From positions 57,784,001 through 57,848,000 of the forward strand of contig OZ024743.1 of assembly GCA_964016885.1 (NCBI GenBank): DNA of 64,000 bases, read 5' to 3'. Every line of letters starts with the position of its first letter. Within the stretch, counting starts at the first letter, position 1. Under the pieces are notes generated by a model. That model searched no databases. It was given only the letters and a program-made list of their open reading frames with translations, and was not told the origin of the DNA. Made by a program: the position numbers and the translations under genes. This document shows positions 1 through 14,007 of this stretch, piece by piece. This stretch comes from Eledone cirrhosa. Its lineage: Eukaryota.

Positions 1-320
1 CGCTGAAAGGTGGGTGAAAGTGGCGAAAATGGCCCGAGTGAATGGCCCTTCTCTGTATATAAACCTGTAGGTTGAGGAAGATAAACAGGGGGAAGGCAGG
101 AACACCTATTAAACGTGTTCCTGGTGTTGAGGGTTGTTCTATCTACGGGGTGTAAAACAACCCTGCAGTAACGTTCCCCCCCTATTGGGGGATTTCAATT
201 GTTATTTTATTATATATAGTTTATTGTTATTTATTAATGTTAAAGTTATTTTTATGTAAAACCCCCGCCGTCACGTCTTGTAATGTCCCATTTATATACG
301 CACCTGTGGCAAATAAAGAA
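1..320 (+). mobile_element. 3' end of a Tx1/L1-type LINE (ORF2 C-terminus and 3' UTR)
   Basis: Starts ...RWVKVAKMARVNGPSLYINL*, matching the ORF2 end at 23965-24029 (RWVREARMARVNGPTLSTCL*). Shares the UTR motif ccccctattgggg and ends near gtggcaaataaag. Confidence 0.8.
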
Positions 321-376
321 AGATATCTATTTATCTATCTGTCTTTTTCTCTTTCTCTCTCTCTCTCTCTCTCTCA

Positions 377-412
<36 letters not shown>

Positions 413-451
413 GTATAGACACACACACACATATATATGTGTGTGTATGTG

Positions 452-495
<44 letters not shown>

Positions 496-859
496 TAAGT
501 TATTCCGGGTTGAATCGGAGATTGTTACACTTGTGTGTGTTTTTATTGGCAGCATGACTCTCCTAAAGTATAACAAAATCTGTTTCAACGCACGTTTACA
601 GATACGAAATCTTGCAAAATAAATTGATAAACGAATTATATATATGTATATATATAAAACATGTGGATTTGCGTAGAAAAGAGTGTAATTGATCAATACA
701 AACAAAGGAAGCAAAACTAAAATACAAGCAGAAACAATTTCAGTTGGGTTAAAATTAATATATTTTAGTGTCATTCAATAAAAATAAACCCGTTCGCTTG
801 TATATGGCTGATCTGATTAGAAACAGCTATGTCTCATATCACACTAAAGACTTGTATAG

Positions 860-1075
860 GGCGGTGACTGGGTAACACAAGTGCTAGAGAGCCAGAAAAA
901 CACCGGTGGTTTTTGTTACGTTTCTTTACGTTCTGTGTTCACCAAGTTAAACTTTGCTTTTCATTCTTCCGGAGTTGATATAATAAAGTACCAGTCAAGT
1001 ACTGTGGATAAAATAAGAGATTTACCTTCCTTCGAAATTGCTGGCATTGTACCTAAATTAGAATCCATTATGAAA
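860..1075 (+). mobile_element. Degenerate tRNA-derived SINE (family A)
   Basis: gggcggtgactgg head, then aagttaaactttgcttttcattcttccggagttgataaaataaagtaccag-like core and a gctggcattgtacctaaattagaa tail, similar to 16253-16440. Confidence 0.6.
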
Positions 1076-2233
1076 CAGTTGTAAATAGATAAATAAATAA
1101 CTAAATAAATAAATAAATAAATATAATATGGTTGAAATCTATTGCTATTTTCTAACTATATCACGCACAGTATTTTATGAAAATATATCAAATGAAGTAT
1201 TGAAATATCACATTTAAATCCTTCGGATTCATGCAAGCATTTTATAGATCATTTAAAGTCTATCACAGCAGAGATGCACAGTCAGTCATAGAATTATTGA
1301 CTAAATAAGAGAAGACGTGGAGGTCACTGTTAAATATTGGTGACATGACTCATTCCTTTGTTTGTACGGTATGTCAAATATTTTAAAGTATTTTATGTCT
1401 ATGGTATCAATCGATTGGATTAGTATTTCGGTGGAATTTCTTCATTGATGAGGCTGATTCTTAGTAACATTCTCATTTCCTGATGTTTTCTCACCATGAT
1501 TCTTTCTTCAGTTGCAGACCATTCTCTAATCTTGCACTTTAAAAGGTTTTATTTTTAAGAGAATAGCCTAGATTCGTCATCGTTGCATCTACTTCTTACA
1601 TTCCAGAATGTCATGACTGTTAGAGTCCAAAGAAACCAGTGCCATTTCTCCATTTCTCCATTTCATGTAGTTTCTAGACATTTCTGCTGTCTACAGAACA
1701 ACGCTATTAAACTCCAGCAAAACTACTACAGAGTCAAATAAAAGGTGACAGTTGTATCGGTATTTCACATTATCCTTTCACCTTACATCTTGTTACAAGC
1801 TCTTACATCACGTTCTTCTATGGATAATGAAGAAACCAGCCATGCGTACCAGTTAAAGGAAGAGAATGTCTTAGTGTGAAACGTGGTGTCTTACAATTAG
1901 ATATTTCACTCCTATTCCTTCAATACACGAAACTGGCTTAGTTTTTCAACACGTCAACAGAAATATTGCCTTAGGTTTTATTTAGTTCTGTTATACAGGT
2001 GAGAAACCCTGTTCTTTATGTGTTTCGGTTTAATAACTTGACTAATATTGATTAGATAGCAGTGTCTGCAGACAATACGATTACTGACTGAAATAGAACT
2101 TTCCATTTATTCATATGGATGTCCATACATTCCTATTTCTGATGTGTTTCTATGAAAAATTTACAGTGCCACTCACAGAATCTCAAAAGCATACATACAC
2201 ACACATATTATACGCTCACTCAAATGAATATGT

Positions 2234-2301
<68 letters not shown>

Positions 2302-2327
2302 AATATATATGTGTGTGTGTGTATATA

Positions 2328-2435
<108 letters not shown>

Positions 2436-2539
2436 TATATATATACACATATATATATATACATGTATATATGTATATAGATATACATGTATATTTATTA
2501 TAGGAACAGATGAAAGAATCGCTTTCACTCGTATTATTT

Positions 2540-2718
2540 CAGTTTCGGTAGAGGGTTGGACAACATGCTTTGCAGCACACAGTTACGCCCCTTTCTGATC
2601 TGAGTTCAAATCCTGCCGAGGTTAACTTTGCCTTTCATCCTTACGGGGTCGATAAAATAAAGTACCAGTAATGCACTTGGATAATTGCTGACCTTGTGCC
2701 AAAAGTAGAAACAATTAT
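2540..2718 (+). mobile_element. tRNA-derived SINE (family A, short-tail variant)
   Basis: B-box gagttcaaatcc followed by gaggttaactttgcctttcatccttacggggtcgataaaataaagtaccag and a gtagaaacaattatt end. Confidence 0.85.
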
Positions 2719-2738
2719 TTCAAATTTATTATTACTAT

Positions 2739-2811
<73 letters not shown>

Positions 2812-2833
2812 GTGTGTGTGTGTGTGTGTAATG

Positions 2834-3054
2834 GTTGTTTATATATTGTTAAAGCTCTTTCATCACACATTCTGTGACCTCCTCAGTAACAGATTTCTTA
2901 TGTTGTGTCTCTCTCCTTTGTTTTGTCCTACAATATCTTGCTTTTGTGTGTTAGATTTGTAGAACAGAACAGAGGAGGGACACAAAATAAGAAATAAGTC
3001 ACTGGGAATGTCACAGAATGTGTGACAAAAGAGCTCTGGCAATATATAAACAAC
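2834..3054. repeat. Imperfect inverted repeat (about 100-bp arms) between microsatellites
   Basis: gttgtttatatattg...tcacacattctgtgac...ctacaa is the reverse complement of ttgtag...gtcacagaatgtgtga...caatatataaacaac. Confidence 0.8.
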
Positions 3055-3149
3055 GATCTGGTTATTGAACCAACGAACCGGAAATTTATAATAAATCGAA
3101 GTGAAAATCAACAGTTGAGTGTGTTTTTATTGGCAGCATGATCCTACCT

Positions 3150-3212
<63 letters not shown>

Positions 3213-3284
3213 CATATGATATGAATATATTCCGATTCTGACCTCCATTGCGTTTACATATATATAAATACATATATATTTAGG

Positions 3285-3720
3285 TCACAGTTAAGCATGC
3301 AATCATAGGAGTTGGAAATTATATGGGAACTTTGAGCTGGAGTGGGATGAAAAATGGTGCGAACATAAACCTGAATCAGTACTGGAAAATATAGTATGTA
3401 ACGAAACCGTCACACCAAGAAGACCAGATTTGTTACTAGCAGATAAAGAAAGAAAGCAGTACCACTTACTTGACATAGCAGTGACAGGAGATGATAGTGT
3501 TGTTTAACAATTAGTATGAGAAAAAAAATCATATCAGCTACTTAAATTAGAAATAATGCGGTAGTTATTTTACTTGTATGGTGTGGTAACGAAAAAAATC
3601 TACAATTGGATTTCAAAGATTTGTTTGGAAATTCGGACTCAGTTGCTGCAAAAATCCTTGCTCCCAGAAACTTCCCGAATTTTGAGAAAGGTATTAATAA
3701 TATAGTAAGTAGGGTTAATG
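3285..3720 (+). mobile_element. R4/Dong-like non-LTR retrotransposon 3' fragment (restriction-like endonuclease)
   Basis: Translates to WKLYGNFELEWDEKWCEHKPESVLEN...RRPDLLLADKERKQYHLLDIAVTGD, a PD-(D/E)xK RLE signature, and is interrupted by stops. Confidence 0.7.
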
Positions 3721-3811
3721 TCAATAATCTTTGTCATTTGTTATGACCTGCTCCTATATGATAATTCTGACATAAAAAAAATGTCTGAGTAAAAGTACTT
3801 CTAATAATAAT

Positions 3812-4030
3812 TTCTTTCTAGCATTGGCACAAGCCCAGCAATTTTGGGAAGAAGAAAGTTGATTATATAGACTCCACTACTTAAACAGTACTCTATTTTA
3901 TCGACACCAGAAGGATGTAAGGCAACGTTAACCTTGACGGAATATGAACTCAGAATGTAAAGAGCTTGTTCAAATACCACAATTGCATTTTATATGATGC
4001 TCTACGAATTCTGACAACCTATCACCAAAA
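3812..4030 (-). mobile_element. Degenerate tRNA-derived SINE (family A)
   Basis: ggcacaagcccagcaatt...ttttatcgacaccagaaggatgtaaggcaacgttaaccttgacggaatatgaactcag is the reverse complement of the family A core. Confidence 0.7.
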
Positions 4031-4094
4031 TAATGATGACGACGACGACGATAATGATGATGATGATGATGATGATAATGATAATAATAACAAC

Positions 4095-4950
4095 ATTATG
4101 TCGAGCTTTGGACTCGATTAGTACCTTAAAACCACTGATGACTGGATGTTGAAAATGGTTGCAGATCAGGAAAGGAAGAAGAGGTTACATTCCGTTTACG
4201 GAAGAGTTGGGAATACATTTTGCAAATGATGGCGATTCTCCAATTAAAGCCGCAAAGGCAAAACAAGAAGGTGCAGTAAATTGGAGCGAAAAACCACTGC
4301 ATTGGTAGTATGTTTTCCGTGGAACCCGATGTAGATCAAACATTCACCCACCAGTCTCTGCGGAGTTCTGAGCTAAAGACAGAGAGTGGGAGTTTCATTT
4401 TAGCTGCACAAGACCAGTATCCTTAAACCTGCAGCTTGTGATCAGAAATGGAACTTACCCCAAATGCCGATTCTGTGAGAGCATATTGGGCCTATTGACC
4501 ACTTGGTTTCAGGCTGAAAAGTATTAACTACCAAGGAATATAAAACGAAGCATGATAGAGTGAGGCAACACTTACACTGGGTAAGTGTTGCCTCGCTCGG
4601 AAAGAAAATGGTACAACCATCACCTAGGAGGCGAGAACGTGACATTCCTATGGGATTTTCCAGTGATCACTGATAAAACAATCAATGCCAACAGATCCGA
4701 CATAATCGTGTAGGACCATAAAGAGAAAACATGTTTCTTAATTGACATAAGCTCGTAACATCTCGAAAGAGGTTGGAAAGCTCAGTAAGTATAAATATGT
4801 ATGAATTGAAGTCGGTGCACTTGAAATGATAAAAAAAGGAACTAAAACATATATGGACCAGATACCTCGAAAGCCATCTCTGCATGAAAAACAGAAAATA
4901 ATGCTGACTAGCACTGTCCTTATGCGGAGAAGTGCATTAACAATTTAAAA
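4095..4950 (+). mobile_element. R4/Dong-like retrotransposon C-terminal fragment (CCHC and RLE), pseudogenised
   Basis: Frameshifted translation gives LKTESGSFILAAQDQ...CRFC...IDHLVSG...EYKTKHDRVRQHLHW...WDFPVITDKTINANRSDII...KTCFLID. Confidence 0.75.
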
Positions 4951-5129
4951 ACCTTGCAAAAATATTTACTGTTGTTTGTGTCCTTGTGGCATCATTTGTA
5001 TGACGATTGATTATAAAATGTGTGTATCATGATATTTTGCCTTAGTTGGTAGGACGCCTCTTAGCATGATTTGGGAAAGAAGCAGAATTCAAATAACAAT
5101 AATGATAATAATAATGATGATGATGATGA

Positions 5130-5660
5130 TTGTGAGTGCCTGAAACTGGCACAACATGAATATAATAAGAATAGAAGACTACATGACAATGTGGCAAGAA
5201 TAATTTGCTGGAAGCCTTTTGGAAACTATGGCCTGGAAAGATCAAAGACATGGTATGGCCAAACCTCAGAAGGAATTATTGAGAATGAGAACTGTAAAAT
5301 TCTGAGAGATGCAATGCTTCAATGTGATCATCAGATTACACATCGAAAACCTGACATTGTTGTAGTAACAGGAAAGAAAGAATATGCTTTATAATTGACA
5401 TTGCATGTCCTGGTGACAACAATAGAGAAGAGAAAGAACAAGAAAAAGTGAACAACTATGACGAATTGAAATGGGAAAATACATAGGTTGTGGAGAATGA
5501 AGAAATTAGATGTGAAACCAATTGTCATTAGTGCACTTAGAGGCATCAGTACTACCGACATGACTCGAAAAGATTAGAACGAATGTAAAGATAGAACACT
5601 TACAAAAATCATCATTCCGTGAACCGACAAGAGTCCTGTGCAGGATTCTTGAGGCTTGAA
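5130..5660 (+). mobile_element. R4/Dong-like retrotransposon RLE fragment
   Basis: ORF 5071-5394 contains ECLKLAQHEY...HDNVARIICWK...ENENCKILRD...CDHQITHRKPDIVVV and continues after a frameshift as IIDIACPGD. Confidence 0.8.
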
Positions 5661-5761
5661 GAGTAAACAAGTGTTGCGTTAGTCTGCTGGTTGTGGACAG
5701 ATGACACTTTCTATCATTTCCAGCATAATAAAACTGAGTGTTTTTTCATGTTGATAATTAT

Positions 5762-6700
5762 AATGGTTTCTAATTTAGACCCAATGCCAGCAAATTTTTT
5801 TGGGGGAGGGGAACGTCGATTAAATCCACCCCAGTGCGTGACTGGTACTTTATTTCATCGACCTCGTAAGGATGAAAGGCAAAGTTAACGTCATGATAGA
5901 GTTGGGTTTTACTACTAGGCACTGCATACATATTACGACAGGGATTCGCAATTCAATAGAAATAACAACGCCAAAAACAACACTGTATATAGCCGTGAGA
6001 CACAGAGCTATGACTGGTAATGGAGTGACAACACACAACAAAGTTAAACTAGTAATAATAATTGTTTCTACTTTTGGCACAAGGCCAGCAATTATCCCAG
6101 TGAATTACTGGTACTTTATTTTATCGACCCCGTAAGGATGAAAGACAAAGTTAACCTCGGCGGGATTTGAACTCAGACCTTAAAGGGACGTAATACCATG
6201 CTGGAAAGCATGGCGTCTGACCTTCTACTAGTAATAATAATGGTTTCTTATATAGGCACAAGGCCAGCAATTTTGGGGGCGGGGGAAAATTGATTAAATT
6301 GACCCCAGTACGTTACTGGTACTTTATGTTATCGACCCCGTAAGGATGAAAGGCAAAGTTAACCTCGGCGGGATTTGAACTCAGATCATAAAGGACCGTA
6401 ACTCTATGCTGCAAAGCATGGTATCCGACCCTCTACCGATACTGCCAATCCACCGCCCTTCTACTAGTAGTAATAATAATGATTTCCGAATTAGGTACAA
6501 GAGCAACAATTTTTGTGGGGAGGGGAAAGTCGATTAACTCGACCCCGGTACTTACTGGTATTTTATTTTATCGATCCCCTAAGGATGAAAGGCAAAGCTA
6601 TCCTCGGCGGGATTTGAACTCAGAACGTAAAGGGCCATAAACTCTATGCTGCAAAGTATGTTGTCCAAAGCACAACCGATAGTGCCAACCCACCCCCTTA
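5762..6700 (-). mobile_element. Cluster of four head-to-tail family A SINEs (about 5765-5890, 6060-6228, 6241-6460, 6481-6697)
   Basis: Repeated ctggtactttattttatcgaccccgtaaggatgaaaggcaaagttaacctcggcgggatttgaactcag cores separated by short (TAA)n runs. Confidence 0.9.
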
Positions 6701-7821
6701 ATAATAACAACAACAACAACATCAACAACAATAATAATTGATGCATAGTGGAATTAGCTTCGTGGTTAAGTACGTAATGCAACAATACTCATTTTTGAAA
6801 CCATATAACCTGTATTGTACTAATGAAGGGATCTGAAGACGAAAGTAAATTAGATGTTTATTAACTGAAAGAAAGAGTTGTTCTTTACGACAACATAATG
6901 CGCCTATTGTTAGCGTTTACATTAGAATCCTTTTATGAAACTTTTTGTTCGTCGTAAATATTATGGTTACCTTAATAATACACAATTACCATATGCTCAA
7001 CAAATATATATATTCATATATATGCATACATACACTCAGACACACACATATGAATATATATATATATGTAGAAGATAAACCATAATAGTAATAATAATAT
7101 TTAATAAAATAACCATAATAGTAATAATAATATTTCTAGCAATATCCAGTATAATAGTACCGTTCAGAGCAACAACAACTCCGTAAAATGTAACTGTAGA
7201 ATCAAATCAAACTGCCCTGTACAAAATAAGTGTTTAGATAAAAACATAGTTTATAAATGTACAGTTAAAACTAGTAATAATAAATTCAACTATGTCGGTG
7301 CCACTTCTTCAGAATTTAAACTTCGCTGGAATAACCACAATTGTTCTTTTAGAAGATCTGACAAAAAATATTCTACTACCCTCTCACATCTTATATGGAA
7401 CTTAAAAAGCAGGAACATAGACTATTCTGTAAATTATGTATTGAAGAAATTTTTTATATAATTAATTGTAAAAACTCTATTAAGCTTAGAACAGAAATAT
7501 TTAGTTGTTGCAGACATCGCCAACATTCTACATTCAGAACTATATGTAACTTATAATATACTTATAATATTTATCTCCAAAATGATCTTATCTGCTCTAA
7601 CAGTTTATATTTTTAATACTCTTAATATATTAATATCACTAAATAATAATATCTTTAAAATTTCTTATAATATATATATATATGTGTGTATGTATAGATA
7701 TTTATATTTATATATATTTATGTACTTCTACATTATGTACTTCTATATAATTCTAATTTTAATTTTAATTTTAATTTTAATTTTAATTCTTTTAAATTCT
7801 TTAATTCTTTTTTCTTAATGT

Positions 7822-7938
7822 TTTATTTTTCTAATGACACCCTCTAAAGCTTTATTTTTCTAATGACACCCTCTAAAGCTTTATTTTTCTAATGACGCCC
7901 TCTAAAGCTTTATTTTTCTAATGACACCCTCTAAAGCT
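7822..7938. repeat. Minisatellite, about 29-bp unit x4
   Basis: ttatttttctaatgacaccctctaaagct repeated. Confidence 0.9.
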
Positions 7939-9009
7939 AATTTTTAAATGTAGATTAATAACCATTAACTGTTTTTAGTAAAATGTATCCTATTCAGAAT
8001 GATGTTTAAATATACATATTTCTTTAGAATAAATAATTAATCCCACACTAGCGATTAATGAAAAAAATTGGAGTTATCTTTCCTTCTTTCAAACATAAAA
8101 ACTTTTTACAGATTACTCCGTTAATTTAACGTTATAAATTGTCACTACCTATTTATTTACATAAAATCAACATCCCTAGTAACTTATATTAGGAACAAAC
8201 ACCTATTTATTTTTTATTTATTTATAAATCAACATCCCTCGTAACTCATATTATAAACAAACTATCCTTTTAATAAAAAAAAAAACACATATGCTATTAT
8301 TAAAATATATATATAGATTTTATATATTATTATAATAAGATAAATAATTCTCCATATAAATATAGACAAATGGCTGAATATATTTTCTCTAAATTAATGT
8401 TCAAGTGGTCTTCCATTTCCTTCTTCTTTAACAATTTAGTTTGATAATTTATATAGCTTCGTTAAATTAACAATATTCTGAAAACATTCTCAATGTTGAA
8501 CATTTTTGAATCCACAAATTATTCTAATCTCACAACTTGAAAATAAAATTTTCAACATCATATTTCAACTCATATTTGTTTATATAAACAATCAATGCAT
8601 ACGCATCTTATTAATATATATAGAGATATTTATATACATATAACCTATCCTAATGTAATAAGATAAACATACTTACAACCATAATTCTTCATATAATTTT
8701 ATAACTCATAATATAGGTAACACAAATCTTTTCCCCAAAATTAACGTTATACTTTTCTCTTTCTCTTCCTTCCTTATCATAAATATTTAAATTTTCCATA
8801 GCGTCTAAAATAACGTTTTTTCAGCCCTTTAATATACACATCATTTGCATACTCATATTAATAATTTTAAATATCTGACTTTTCTTCTCTCTTCCCTTCA
8901 CTTTCCAGGGATAACTTGAACCGTTAAGGTATATTATTACATATCATCATCATCTAACGCCTGTTTATCTATGCTACCATAAATATATGTGGGTATGAGT
9001 ATGTGTGTA

Positions 9010-9103
<94 letters not shown>

Positions 9104-9237
9104 TGAACACTGTATACTTACACACATGTATGGATAGATAAATATGTACTATAATATATATTAGCACACTCAGGTTCTCAATATCACTTCACCTTATTCC
9201 CATTATTACTCATTTCAAATATTTATAAAACATTTTG

Positions 9238-9300
9238 TATTTTATCTGATGATAGCGTACCAAACTTTTTGGTACTCTTGAAAATATATATAATAGAATA
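9238..9300 (+). ncRNA. Minimal type I hammerhead ribozyme in a PLE pseudo-LTR
   Basis: tattttat-CTGATGA-stem II (gtaccaa/ttggtac)-GAAA-(a)tatata-TA-atagaata, with one extra A in stem III. Confidence 0.7.
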
Positions 9301-9344
9301 AATATGGTTTTATAAATATAGTTTCCATTTATTTAAAATCATTG

Positions 9345-9378
<34 letters not shown>

Positions 9379-9393
9379 ATAAATATACATATT

Positions 9394-9428
<35 letters not shown>

Positions 9429-10010
9429 ATGTGTGTGCGTGCGCGCGCGCGCGTGTGTGTGTGTGTATGTGTGTGTTTATGTTACATAGTGTACGAATTA
9501 TGTTAGTCATTTAAAAACAGATTTTTAAATTTGATTAGTAGCATTGTGTATGGTATAGACATTGCAGTTATATGTGGTTTATCCACCTATCCATCCATGG
9601 GCCGTGACACTTTGATGGAGTCGTAAGGACATTTTATCATCAGTTGAGTCCAGTTGAGTCCAATTTCTTTCAGGGAAAATAATCGACGACCCCAGTACTT
9701 GCCTGGTACTTTATCGATCTCAAATTGTTAAAGCAAATGTTTGACCTCAACGGGATTTGGATATGTATCTCAGGTACCCGGATATCAATACCGCAATGCA
9801 TTCTCTTAGACGGCCTAACGGCTCTGTCACTTTACCAGCTTATATGTGGTTTATGGCAATATAAGAAAATATTATAGCAAAATGAGATATCAAAATATTA
9901 TTACAAGATATACACGTGGCTGTTGGTTACGGGGTTTAAATGCACAAACCTTATAGATAGTTAAACAGTGCGTTACAGAGGCAAATAGATGGATAGATAC
10001 CTGTCTTTAA

Positions 10011-10063
<53 letters not shown>

Positions 10064-12873
10064 AAGACTGATTGATAGCGGCATATATTTTCCGAAGATA
10101 AAGGTGGTAGTGACTTCGAGTTTCGACGAGATATTTTGGCTGAGGATTGGCGACGTGAAAATGTGAATTATAAGATATGAATTATCGGTTTCAATAAATG
10201 TAATATCATTCTCTCTTTGGTATCACTAGTTTTAGAGGAACGCAGGGGAAGTACTCACTACCGGAAATAGGGCAATGGTGATCTAATTCCGTTAGCCGTT
10301 TGTCTTTTGTTTCTTGAAAAATCTAGTTTAATATCTCAACTCGACACATACGTCTACCGTCCTCTGGTCACTTATAAAACATCACGCTCCTCACACAAGC
10401 TACTAACTACTGCATCCAATCCTTCCTCCGTATAACCTCTACCATCAACATATAGATTACAAACTGATTGCAAACTCTGTCACTTTCGAGGAGCTTGAAA
10501 ATTTTATGTGTTATACACTTTTCTAATAAATCATCTTTTAAATAAAACATACTAATATTGTTATATTTCATATGCAGCATTGTGAGATATGTGGTTATTA
10601 TTGCTGAGGGGAAGCCAATACAATGGAAATCTGAAATACAAGCGTAAAAACTGGGGAAGAGTATAGTAAGACAAGAAAACAAAAGCAATTCGATTGATTA
10701 GTAACCACTAACTCCGCAACAGGCCTTGAACTCTCCAGTGCCTACAAAGGTCATTGACACTGACACATCACCCCTAATGATTTTATACAGAAAAATGCAA
10801 TATAGTTCATATGAAGCGTTGTTAGATATGTGTTTATGTTTGTTTCAGGAAAGCTGGTACAATGCAAATGAGAATTACATGGGTGAAAACTAGACTAAAA
10901 TAAATTAAGAAAAACAAAACTAAGCAATAGTTTACACTTTAACATATATTTCATGATATCGAGACTCTTTTTCAAAAAGGAAAGAAATGGTGTGCGGTTC
11001 TCTGCGTTTCTTACTTTACCATCGTTTTCCCTCATGTTTGTATCGTACAGGCTTTCCCCAACAATCATAATACTATTATTGATTTCAGTAGAGTCTTCGC
11101 AGCTTATCGATAATTTCTTTCTGAAATAATATCGAACAATATTTCATGCAATATCTCTCTCTCTCAGTAATATAGGAATGGAAAGCTAATAACTATGAAG
11201 AACATTACATGTGATACTCTACTAAGATTGCCGAAATAATTACTTCATGCCATAAATATTTGTCCAGTAGAATTTCATTGAATAAAACATCGTCAATATG
11301 CAGCATCAGGCTCAGTTTATGTAAGTCTGATCAGGTTTTAATAACCTAAATCATACATCAACTTGCATTTGTGAATAATCTCCATTCTTCTACAGAGTAG
11401 AATTGGCAATATTTGGTTGTATGAGCCGGTCTAAAGAATGAAGGGACAGCGCTTATAAGTATTAAGGTCATTATTGATTGGATGATAGAGAGAGAGAACT
11501 GGCTAATGTTTGACATGTTTTGTGTCTGTGTTTCATTGAAATGGACTTTCAGTTGGTTTACACTATGCGCGTTCTAGTTGTTCATGAGCGGAACAGCTTT
11601 CTCCTGAATTAACGTGTATTTGATTGAGCTTTTCACAGACACATATATTGTTAACATAATTCTCTATGAAATTCTGTGTGACATTGTGCGACAACCCCGA
11701 CAACATTGAATTACAAGTACAGTCCCCAAAATTTTCTTTATTCGACCGGAGGCTATGGTAAATGTCATTTGTCCAAGACGCCATACAATGGGATAGAACC
11801 CGGGACCTAGGCATTGCAACATTCTTAACTATTCGGCCAATTTGTGTCCCCAGGGAGAGGTTATATTGATACTTATAGAAGACAACCCCCTATAGACGGT
11901 GATATATCCCACAATTTACTAAGGTTAAAGAAAAAGAAAGTTGTCTAAATTCATTTAAATAGTTTCATTTAGATTGGTTTATACTGGTTCTTGTCCGTTT
12001 TTCCACCTAAATCATGATGGTGTCGCAGGAATGCTGCCATGACATACGGCACGTCATCGCCAATGTAAATCTGGCGAAAATCATGTCTTTCCAGATCGGA
12101 ACACAGCGAATGTCTTCCGCAGAAACAATGAAAAAAAAGAGTAAGAGAGAGAGAGAAAGAGAGAAAGAAAGAGAAAGAGGGAGGGGGGGGGGATAATCGT
12201 TCCCAGTACAGAAATTAAAAAACCACGAAAAGAGGAGGGGAAAAGACGATATGGACTGAATTTGAAGTCAGGGTGCAGAGAGCCAGAAAAAATATTAATT
12301 CAACACCCTAACGACTCTGTCAATTCACCTTCTTTTACCCTGTTCTATAGAAACAACTCCAATTTCCATTGCTAGGTACATTCTCTATTACAACATATAT
12401 CACGAACCATTTGACATATATAAAAAAGGACTCAACATAAATAAATATCCAACACTCTTTAATATTCTTCTCAGTTGTTATACCTGTCTTGGCGAATGTT
12501 CATTCACTTTTAAAAATTCTTGATTGTTTTTTTTCTTTTCTAGTGGCAAATATGTTACTGCTAGCTTTTTTCTTTATAAAAGAAAGACGTCTCCAAATAT
12601 AGAATCATATATTTCCCTTGACAGTAGTATTACATGTATATAGGTTTATGCAGCTATATAGTACATACAAAGAAATTTCAAATAAATATTATCTGAAGTC
12701 TTACATCTCAAGTGAAGTTTATAGAAAGTATATGAAAATACTTAGAAATCCAAAATGTTCTCCGACCATCTTAAATATGGCAACGGTGTGTCTAACATTG
12801 AACTTATTGTGTAAAGAATTGTTTGATGATAATATTCAGAAATGTAATAAATATATTCGGAATTGATTTCTTG

Positions 12874-12937
<64 letters not shown>

Positions 12938-12945
12938 TAAATTTC

Positions 12946-13043
<98 letters not shown>

Positions 13044-13218
13044 CTTAAAACTCAATAAAACTTTGCAGAAATTGAATACGAAGATATGTATACAAAATGA
13101 CGCCAGTTCTAAATAAACGTATTCGAAACTATTTTGTTTTTTCATGAATTTGATCGTGTTTTTCATATACAAGTAATCTGTTATTTTTCTAATGATGGTA
13201 GAGTTATCATTGTTGTTG

Positions 13219-13255
<37 letters not shown>

Positions 13256-13469
13256 GATTATTGTTATTGTTGTTGTTTGTTAGTAATAACGAAATATTTT
13301 AAGCAATTCAAATTATATAAGTTTATGGTTTTGTTTATTATTCATTCCGTTTGTCACTATGAGCACATGATTGTATTTTAAACTTGTGTGTGTTAACCAA
13401 TAGTTCGAATGCAGTTCTCTACAAAAAACATTGTGTATATTTGTATATATATATATATATATATATATA

Positions 13470-13523
<54 letters not shown>

Positions 13524-13524
13524 T

Positions 13525-13666
<142 letters not shown>

Positions 13667-13704
13667 TATATAACGTATGTACATATTTATGTGTGTGTGT
13701 GTGT

Positions 13705-13865
13705 GCCTGTTTTAGTGTTTATGTCCTGTAAATTAGTGGTTTGAAAAGATTATCGATAAAATAAGTAACCGGTCTGAACAGATAAGTACTGGAATCGATA
13801 TAATCGACTAAACGAAGGTGGTGCATCACCATGACCACATTTTAATGATTGAAACAAACAAAATA
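13705..13865 (+). mobile_element. Degenerate SINE 3' half (related family)
   Basis: cgataaaataagta...taagtactggaatcgatataatcgactaaa...aatgattgaaacaa shares the gtcgat/atcgac hairpin tail with family A. Confidence 0.55.
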
Positions 13866-14007
13866 GTATAAGACTATGTAGGCGGTCTTCTTGGTAACAT
13901 TTAAAATGAGATAGGTCGGATGACAGAAAATACAGTTAAAAGCGCAACGAAAGAAATTATAACTAATACGTATATTCTAAGACTGCTGCAGTATGAGAAG
14001 CAAATGT

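Larger units (their letters stand above)
7075..9345 (+). mobile_element. 5'-truncated PLE: GIY-YIG remnant plus AT-rich 3' region/pseudo-LTR
   Basis: 7180-7550 encodes CNCRIKSNCPVQNKCLDKNIVYKCTVKTSNNKFNYVGATSSEFKLRWNNH...YSTTLSHLIWNLK...SCCRHR, homologous to the C-terminus of ORF 55004-57304. A hammerhead motif lies at 9238-9300 and the element is flanked by (TA)n. Confidence 0.8.

Noticed and set aside
1480-1760. Possible degenerate AP-endonuclease N-terminus
   Set aside because: Motif resemblance was too weak to support by eye.
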